Of a stretch of DNA of 64,000 nt, positions 58,121-64,000 are shown piece after piece. Below the pieces are notes generated by a model. It had not been told where the DNA came from and did not search any database. It saw only the letters and a list, made by a program, of their open reading frames with translations. Source of the stretch: Candidatus Bathyarchaeota archaeon (GTDB taxonomy: Archaea > Thermoproteota > Bathyarchaeia > Bathyarchaeales > Bathycorpusculaceae); NCBI GenBank assembly GCA_963702095.1, contig OY969706.1, positions 1,088,001 through 1,152,000 on the forward strand, written 5' to 3'. Position 1 is the stretch's first letter; every line of letters starts with the position of its first letter. A program made the translations under genes and the position numbers.

Positions 58121-58420
58121 GTGAATGCCATGCAAGACGAAGTAAAAATCACAAGAAAATACCAAGTCACCATACCTGAGAGCGTTCGCTCAGAACTAGG
58201 CGTTAAAATCGGCGACAAACTCATAGTGAAATCAGAAAACAAACGCATAATCATGGAATCCCCCAAACGCATCAAAAACCCCTCAGATACACTCTATTGT
58301 CTCTTCGGCAGACCCCTAGAACTTGACGCCGTCAAACTTGTGGAACAATCATGGGAAACCACCTCCGTTTCAGTAGAGCCAAAGAAACCGCACAGTAAAC
58401 AAAAGGAAGACAGATCTTGA
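58121..58420 (+). CDS. vapB: AbrB/MazE-type antitoxin
   Basis: ITRKYQVTIPESVRSELGVKIGD. Confidence 0.88.
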   Translation: MNAMQDEVKITRKYQVTIPESVRSELGVKIGDKLIVKSENKRIIMESPKRIKNPSDTLYCLFGRPLELDAVKLVEQSWETTSVSVEPKKPHSKQKEDRS

Positions 58421-58833
58421 GCTACTACGTCGACACCAACATTTTCATCTATTCTGCCCTAGCGCACCCCACCTACGGGGAAGCGTGCAAACAGATAATC
58501 GATGATATCCAAAATCTCAGCATCAAAGCTTTCTGCGGTTTTTTGGTTCCCATAGAGCTTCTTGGCGCATTAGCACGAATAGACCCCAAAAAGGCAGCAG
58601 TTGCCTTGGAAGCCTTTTTCTCATTACCCATAAACATGATACCGATAGACGAAAGAATTCTCCAAAATGCTGCTAAACTGACGCTTGAGTCAGGAGTGAG
58701 TTATGACTGTGTGCACGCTGCATGTATGCATAACAAGGGTTTGGACACAATAATAACTGAAGATGCAACGGATTGGAATAAAATAAAAAAATTCAAAATC
58801 ATCCGACCTCTTGAATACAAAAAACACAGTTAA
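58417..58833 (+). CDS. vapC: PIN-domain toxin
   Basis: YVDTNIF, YDCVHAA, IITED. Confidence 0.9.
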   Translation: MSYYVDTNIFIYSALAHPTYGEACKQIIDDIQNLSIKAFCGFLVPIELLGALARIDPKKAAVALEAFFSLPINMIPIDERILQNAAKLTLESGVSYDCVHAACMHNKGLDTIITEDATDWNKIKKFKIIRPLEYKKHS

Positions 58834-59159
58834 ACCCTAAAAACTGCAGGGGCATTTGCTAAATTTGAACCTGCGGCCTTCCTGAGCACAAATGACCCGA
58901 CCGACGGCCCACGCTACAAAACCCTAAACACCAATACACTGGGTATTCTAAGAACAACATACCCTCCAATCGCCTCTTCGCTCCATTAAACAATCTTCAG
59001 AGAATCAAAAAACTGTTTAATTCACTCATTTTAGCCGCAGGCGAGTATTTGTCTATTTAGCACTTAAAGTCAAGCAGTGATTTTGCTTAGTTCTCTTCTG
59101 TCCACTACCTGTTGACCCTTTATGTTGTAACTTCTAATTTTACCACTTATCTGTCTTCT

Positions 59160-60524
59160 TCAATCAACCAGTTTTTTGCGTGCGTCCTCGATGAGTTTTA
59201 CTGTTTGGGTGCGCCATGGTTCGAAGCCTTCTGGTGTGGTTGGGTAGGTGTTGTAGTGTGCGCTAAGGCCCCTCATCATGACTACTGTTGCGCGTAGTTT
59301 GGTGAGGAAGCCGACTCTGCGTATGCCGCGGAAGACTCGTTTGGCGGTTTCGGTGATGTTGAGGTGGAAGTCGTCGCCCATGCCTGCTTTTAAGACGTCG
59401 TCTTCGGTCATGAGTTTTTCGTTCATGCCGTAGTTGAGGTCGTCGTCGCTGCATGAGAGGAGGAACATTTTGAAGATGTCAAGGGTGCCCTGTTTTTTGC
59501 CGTAGGTTTCGATGTAGCGTTTGTTGTAGCCCCACAGTGCCTCTTTGGTGGCTGCGCCTTTTTCGAGGGCTTCCACAATCTGCTGCCCTGCGAAGTAGCC
59601 GCTAAGCATTGAGGGTCCTATGCCGCCGCCGTGGATCGGGTTCACAAGTGAAGCCGCGTCGCCGACGAGGACGACCCCGTTGCCGACCATGTTGTCTAAG
59701 GGTCTGCGGACAGGGTCAAACCATGCGCCGCCAGTCAAAACCAGCGAGCCGTCGAACATTGGCTTCTTGAACGCGGTGCTGTATAGCTGTTCTTTGGGGT
59801 TGGGGTAGCCGGACTTGCGCATGCAGGCGCCTATGCCGACGTTGACGCGTGCGCCGCCTTTGGGAAAAATCCAGATGTAGCCGCCTGGGCTGGCTTTTTG
59901 GTTGAGGTAGATTTCGCAGAACCGTGTGTTCTCGGTTTCCTGTTTTAGTTGGCGGATTTCTCGGTAGCAGGCTTCGACGTCGGCGTTGTCTATGTCGCGG
60001 TCGATGCCCATTTCCGCTGGGAGTTGCTTGCGGACCATGCCGAAGTAGCCGGTGGCATCCACCACCACTTTGCTGCGTAACTCGCTTATTTTGCCCGACT
60101 TCATGTTCTTCGCCGAGATGCCTACTACTGCACCTTTCTCGATGATGGGGCCGCGTAAGTTGGTGCTGTCCTGCAAGGTTGCGCCTGCGTCGGTGGCTTT
60201 GTTGAGCAGCCATTGTCCAAAAAGCCGTCGGTTTAAGATGTGACCGACGAAGTCTTTGTCTGCGATGGTGAAGACGGTGTTTTCGTCTGGGCTGTAAATT
60301 TTTATGCCGTCGATTTTTGCTTCTAACTCGCCGCCCTGGGGTTTCTCAAGCCCCAAAAATTTGAGGTGGTGCTCGCCTAAGGCGTCGCCGCAGATTTTTT
60401 CGCCGATTTCTTGGCGGGGTTTCTTTTCTACTAGGCATACTTTTAATCCTTTTTGGGCGATGGTTTTCGCGGCTAAGCAGCCTGCTGTGCCTGCGCCGAC
60501 GACTATGGCGTCATATTTTTCCAT
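59160..60524 (-). CDS. Geranylgeranyl reductase family (digeranylgeranylglycerophospholipid reductase-like)
   Basis: VVGAGTAG, KICGDA, PGGYIWIFPKG, VGDAA..NPIHGGGI. Confidence 0.9.
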   Translation of the reverse strand: MEKYDAIVVGAGTAGCLAAKTIAQKGLKVCLVEKKPRQEIGEKICGDALGEHHLKFLGLEKPQGGELEAKIDGIKIYSPDENTVFTIADKDFVGHILNRRLFGQWLLNKATDAGATLQDSTNLRGPIIEKGAVVGISAKNMKSGKISELRSKVVVDATGYFGMVRKQLPAEMGIDRDIDNADVEACYREIRQLKQETENTRFCEIYLNQKASPGGYIWIFPKGGARVNVGIGACMRKSGYPNPKEQLYSTAFKKPMFDGSLVLTGGAWFDPVRRPLDNMVGNGVVLVGDAASLVNPIHGGGIGPSMLSGYFAGQQIVEALEKGAATKEALWGYNKRYIETYGKKQGTLDIFKMFLLSCSDDDLNYGMNEKLMTEDDVLKAGMGDDFHLNITETAKRVFRGIRRVGFLTKLRATVVMMRGLSAHYNTYPTTPEGFEPWRTQTVKLIEDARKKLVD

Positions 60525-60595
60525 GGTTAGTCTCTCTCCCTGTTAACTTTACTTTGTATACCTTGTTGTATAAGTAAACGCTTATAAAGTGTGAA

Positions 60596-61054
60596 GTGAG
60601 CAAAACCACACCGAGTGTAACCGCCATGAGTGCACCCCTAACTTTAAGCGCAGAATTCCGCAAAATCGTCGAATCCCAAATGACCCAGTTCCTCCACGGA
60701 GCCGAAGCAACCTTCAACCAAATCATCGAAAAACAGAAAATCACCCCCAAAGAACTCAAAAACGAAATCGAAAGCCTCCAGGAAACCTTCAACCTGCTCT
60801 TCCAAAGGTGGAGTCTCGAAATCCTCTACAGCCTCATCCTAAAAGACGCCATCGGCTTCGGAGAAATTAAAAGAATCCTAGGCGTAAACTCGCGGACGCT
60901 AAGTGACAAACTCAAGATGCTCCAATCCCATGGCTACATAACCCGAAACGTCACTGCTGGACCGCCGCTGCGCGTGGAGTACGCCTTAACGCCTAAGGGC
61001 AAGAATACTGTGCTGTTGGCGTTGCCGCTTCTCTACTACTCCAGCTCTGCCTAA
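60596..61054 (+). CDS. HxlR-family wHTH regulator
   Basis: RWSLEIL..NSRTLSDKLK..PPLRVEYALTPKG. Confidence 0.9.
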   Translation: MSKTTPSVTAMSAPLTLSAEFRKIVESQMTQFLHGAEATFNQIIEKQKITPKELKNEIESLQETFNLLFQRWSLEILYSLILKDAIGFGEIKRILGVNSRTLSDKLKMLQSHGYITRNVTAGPPLRVEYALTPKGKNTVLLALPLLYYSSSA

Positions 61055-61644
61055 CAGTGGATCAAAAGATTTGTCTGCCCTGCTTGTAGAAATCGCTATA
61101 ACCAGTCCGCAATGTATGCCGACGCAGTCACAAAATAGCAGTTGCTCGGCAAGGAACCGCGCAAGACACCGTAAAGTTGTATGTAAATAACCCAAACGTA
61201 CTCCATTCGCTGACTCTGGGCGCTTATGATATGTTCTGGTACCCTAACCCCCCAATATCAACAGGTCTCTGGATTGACAACCCGAGTAATTACTACTGGA
61301 TTGATGTCAAAATTACCCAACAATAACCATTCAAGCGACAGAAGGCTGTCACTTTTTTAGATTTGACGACTCAACCTATGATGACTTTTGACAACAGCCA
61401 CAAACCTTTGTGGGCTAGAGGACCAATATTATAACTATTATTATAACGGTATTTTCATTCCATGTCTCACAGACACAACCATCATCGCCGTATATCAGCC
61501 GCCTTAAAAAACTATAACCTAAATGATCAACCAAGAGAGCTAAACTACCAAATGACGTTTAGTCAAAATAATTTGACGAAAAAACTTTTATTACCAGTTC
61601 GTGGTCACGACGTTGAGGACAATAATGCTTAAATTTCCGTTCTG

Positions 61645-61856
61645 TTATCCTTTCTTACTTGCATTCTGTATTAGCGTCATCCATTTGTTATCTCCTTCAA
61701 CTTTAATTCCGCATGCTTCGGCGGGTGTCTTGCCGTGTAGTGCCATGTGAGGGCGTACAAAATTGTAGTATGTCTGGAACCCTTCCAAGATTGGTGTTCG
61801 GCGCTTCTTTAATCCGCGCATTGTCTTTTCTCTATCCCTGATTTCACCGTTCATCC
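61645..61856 (-). mobile_element. C-terminal remnant of a DDE transposase (IS6-like)
   Basis: NGEIRDREKTMRGLK..YYNFVRPHMALHGKTPAEACGI; catalytic N-terminal part missing. Confidence 0.75.
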
Positions 61857-62025
61857 CTCTTTTATATAAAATAACGGGAACAAGACCAACTTCAATTAGG
61901 AAAAAGTATGTTACTATCGCCTTAGTGGCAGTGTCCCCTGCCATAGTGTTGCAGCCTCCGTTTTGGAACTAACTGGTGTAGGTTGCGTTGCTGACGCAGT
62001 AGGGCAATATCAAGTGGTGAGTTTT

Positions 62026-62448
62026 TTAGAAGGTTCTTTTTATGTTTGTTGCGTTGAATCCTTTATCGTTTGTTATTATTTCTTTGGCACCGGCTCTTAT
62101 TGCGACGGCTAGTTGTAGGGCGTCTTCGTAGTCGAGTTTGTTGTTATTCATCAATTCTGCCGCCGCTGAGAGGTCCTCAGGTTTTAGGGGTTCTATTGTT
62201 AAGCCTTTAATGTCAGTTAGGGAGTTTATGATTTGCTGTACGAAGATTTTGTTTTTTAGGTTTGTACCGGCTAATTTAGCCAATACGTAGAGTGCTTGAT
62301 AAAGCGTTAAGCTGGAAGTTACATATTCTCGGGGAGAAGAGTTGGCGATTCTTTGAATCCAATTATAGGCTGTTTCACCGAATAGGGGATGCTTGCCTAG
62401 CCAGTACACGAATACATTAACATCTACATAGTAGTGCGCTGTTTCCAC
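62026..62448 (-). CDS. vapC: PIN-domain toxin
   Basis: YVDVNVF, DYEDALQLA, IITNDKGF. Confidence 0.88.
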   Translation of the reverse strand: METAHYYVDVNVFVYWLGKHPLFGETAYNWIQRIANSSPREYVTSSLTLYQALYVLAKLAGTNLKNKIFVQQIINSLTDIKGLTIEPLKPEDLSAAAELMNNNKLDYEDALQLAVAIRAGAKEIITNDKGFNATNIKRTF

Positions 62449-62693
62449 CGCTTATGCATCTCCTCTTTCGCCAATTCATGGATGTCTTCTGGCCACTTTT
62501 CGACATGAACTATACCGTAGTACTTGTCGGCTATAGGCTCGGAGGCTTCTATGATTATGGTTTTTCCTTCCGCTTTTATGTTTACACAGCTTCCTTCGGC
62601 TAGCTGGGCTGCTTCGCGGATTTTTCGGGGAATTCTGATCCGCCCTTTTTCGTCGAGTTTTACGGTGGTCTCAACCATAATGCTTCCCACCAT
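62424..62693 (-). CDS. vapB: AbrB/MazE-type antitoxin
   Basis: KLDEKGRIRIPRKIRE. Confidence 0.88.
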   Translation of the reverse strand: MVGSIMVETTVKLDEKGRIRIPRKIREAAQLAEGSCVNIKAEGKTIIIEASEPIADKYYGIVHVEKWPEDIHELAKEEMHKRWKQRTTM

Positions 62694-62851
62694 AAACCAT
62701 GTAGCCCACAGACTTAAGTTTTTCCCACAAAAAATCGAATTCCCACATGTTTGGGGATTGCGGGATGGAGGATATTGGAAATACCGTTAGGGTTTGTTTG
62801 TCCTGCTAGATTTATTTACATCCTCACGTAGAGGCGATTGAGGCATTATGA

Positions 62852-63076
62852 TTGAAATATTGGGTGAACATCGATAAACCAACGAAATGTTATCTGCATA
62901 CGGATTTGTGTCCTAGTGTTTTGAGGGAAGCAACTCCGTTGAAGGGCATAAACGAGGAGAAGGCGGGTGGTGGCTGGTACTCTTTTGATTCTAAGGAGGA
63001 AGCAACGGTTTTTCTTGCGGAAAAGTTTCCTGATAAGAGTCTTTTTGCTCATTATTGCGTTGAGTCGCATGCATGA
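62852..63076 (+). CDS. Small hypothetical protein
   Basis: 74 aa; H..C and GGW.F motifs. Confidence 0.5.
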   Translation: MKYWVNIDKPTKCYLHTDLCPSVLREATPLKGINEEKAGGGWYSFDSKEEATVFLAEKFPDKSLFAHYCVESHA

Positions 63077-63112
63077 GTTCCCCCAGCCATAGATAGGGAA
63101 CAGGGAACACCT

Positions 63113-63841
63113 GTGGGTAATGTTTTTGACGAGATGAGCGTTTACTGGGCGGAAATCGCCGACAAAGACCAAACCCAGCGCCAAATCCAATTCTTAAAAA
63201 CCCAGCTTCAACCCGGCACAAGGGTGCTGGATCTTGCCTGCGGAACAGGACGCCACTCGATCCCCTTAAGCATGGAGGAGTACGGCATGGTGGGCGTGGA
63301 TGCTTCGCCGAAACTGCTTCGAATCGCCAAGCAACGCTACCGTGCCCTCGACGTGGTTTTTGGGGATATGCGGCGTCTGCCCTTCAAAGCGGAGGCGTTC
63401 GGGGCGGTGGTGAGTGTGGATACGAGTTTGGGGTATCTGCCCTCTTTGGCTGACGACAGCAAAAGCGTAGCGGAAGCCCGCCGTGTGCTGTGTCGGGGCG
63501 GCGTTTTTGTGGTTGACGTCTTCAACGGGGAGGAACTAAAAACCAAATACCGCGGCGAATCCAAAGTGACAAAGTGGTTGGAGTACCCGAGTTTTTGGCT
63601 GCAACAGCAACGTTCAATCAGCGCCGATGGCGAACGCCTCCATGACTTGTGGACAATCCAGCCGAAGTCTGGTGGAGAAGCGGTTTCTTTTGAGCATTCC
63701 GTGCGCCTCTACGGCAAAGAGGAGTTGCAAGTGCTGCTGGAAAACGCTGGGTTCACCGTCGAATGCGTGTTTGGCGATTATGAACGGCAAGCTTTTAGCT
63801 CAGAGACCCCTCGGCTCATCATGAGGGCAAATGCTAAATAG
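63113..63841 (+). CDS. Class I SAM-dependent methyltransferase
   Basis: VLDLACGTGRH, GDMRRLPF. Confidence 0.92.
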   Translation: MGNVFDEMSVYWAEIADKDQTQRQIQFLKTQLQPGTRVLDLACGTGRHSIPLSMEEYGMVGVDASPKLLRIAKQRYRALDVVFGDMRRLPFKAEAFGAVVSVDTSLGYLPSLADDSKSVAEARRVLCRGGVFVVDVFNGEELKTKYRGESKVTKWLEYPSFWLQQQRSISADGERLHDLWTIQPKSGGEAVSFEHSVRLYGKEELQVLLENAGFTVECVFGDYERQAFSSETPRLIMRANAK

Positions 63842-63933
63842 CCTGTTTTATCATATTTCAGGGTTGGTTGGGCTGTGTTATCGCATAAAAGTTATAAGCC
63901 GCCCAAAATTAAAAGAGTGAATAGGTGACTTTC

Positions 63934-64000
63934 ATGAATGCTTGGAAGCTTCGTTTTTCCATGGTTGCCACTTTAGCAGCCATCTTTGGTTTAACTACAC
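63934..64000 (+). CDS. N-terminus of a membrane protein (possibly HtpX-like), truncated by the window edge
   Basis: MNAWKLRFSMVATLAAIFGLTT preceded by a GGTGA ribosome-binding site. Confidence 0.3.
   Translation, partial: MNAWKLRFSMVATLAAIFGLTT

Noticed and set aside
1-64000. CRISPR array or diversity-generating retroelement
   Set aside because: No regularly spaced repeats, cas genes or reverse transcriptase were seen. The paralogous pair at 11915-14686 is too diverged to be a TR/VR pair.

Overview
Archaeal DNA, most consistent with Bathyarchaeia. This is inferred from a CdvA-like protein, pantoate kinase, an archaeal CoaD, geranylgeranyl reductase and PEF/PEL-CTERM surface proteins. The left ~26.5 kb is a compact head-tail (Caudoviricetes-type) provirus or virus-derived element abutting the 3' end of an intronless tRNA-Lys(TTT). 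It has a rearranged gene order, a very short tape measure protein, a -1 frameshift signal in the tail chaperone and an ABC-ATPase/GNAT fusion next to TerL. It also carries AT-rich cargo cassettes and a neck/tail-completion gene fused to a domain whose free, secreted paralog lies next door. No integrase or second att site is visible in the window. The right ~37.5 kb is host chromosome: surface-protein genes sharing an upstream palindrome, CoA genes, an RHH-CblS-like fusion, a GH5 glycosidase, three VapBC modules, an IS remnant and several families of dispersed non-coding repeats. It also holds a four-gene cluster with two very divergent FtsZ/tubulin-superfamily proteins and two membrane proteins. 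Many genes contain single-base frameshifts, probably assembly errors, so pseudogene calls are provisional. All family assignments come from motif recognition by eye, not database searches.
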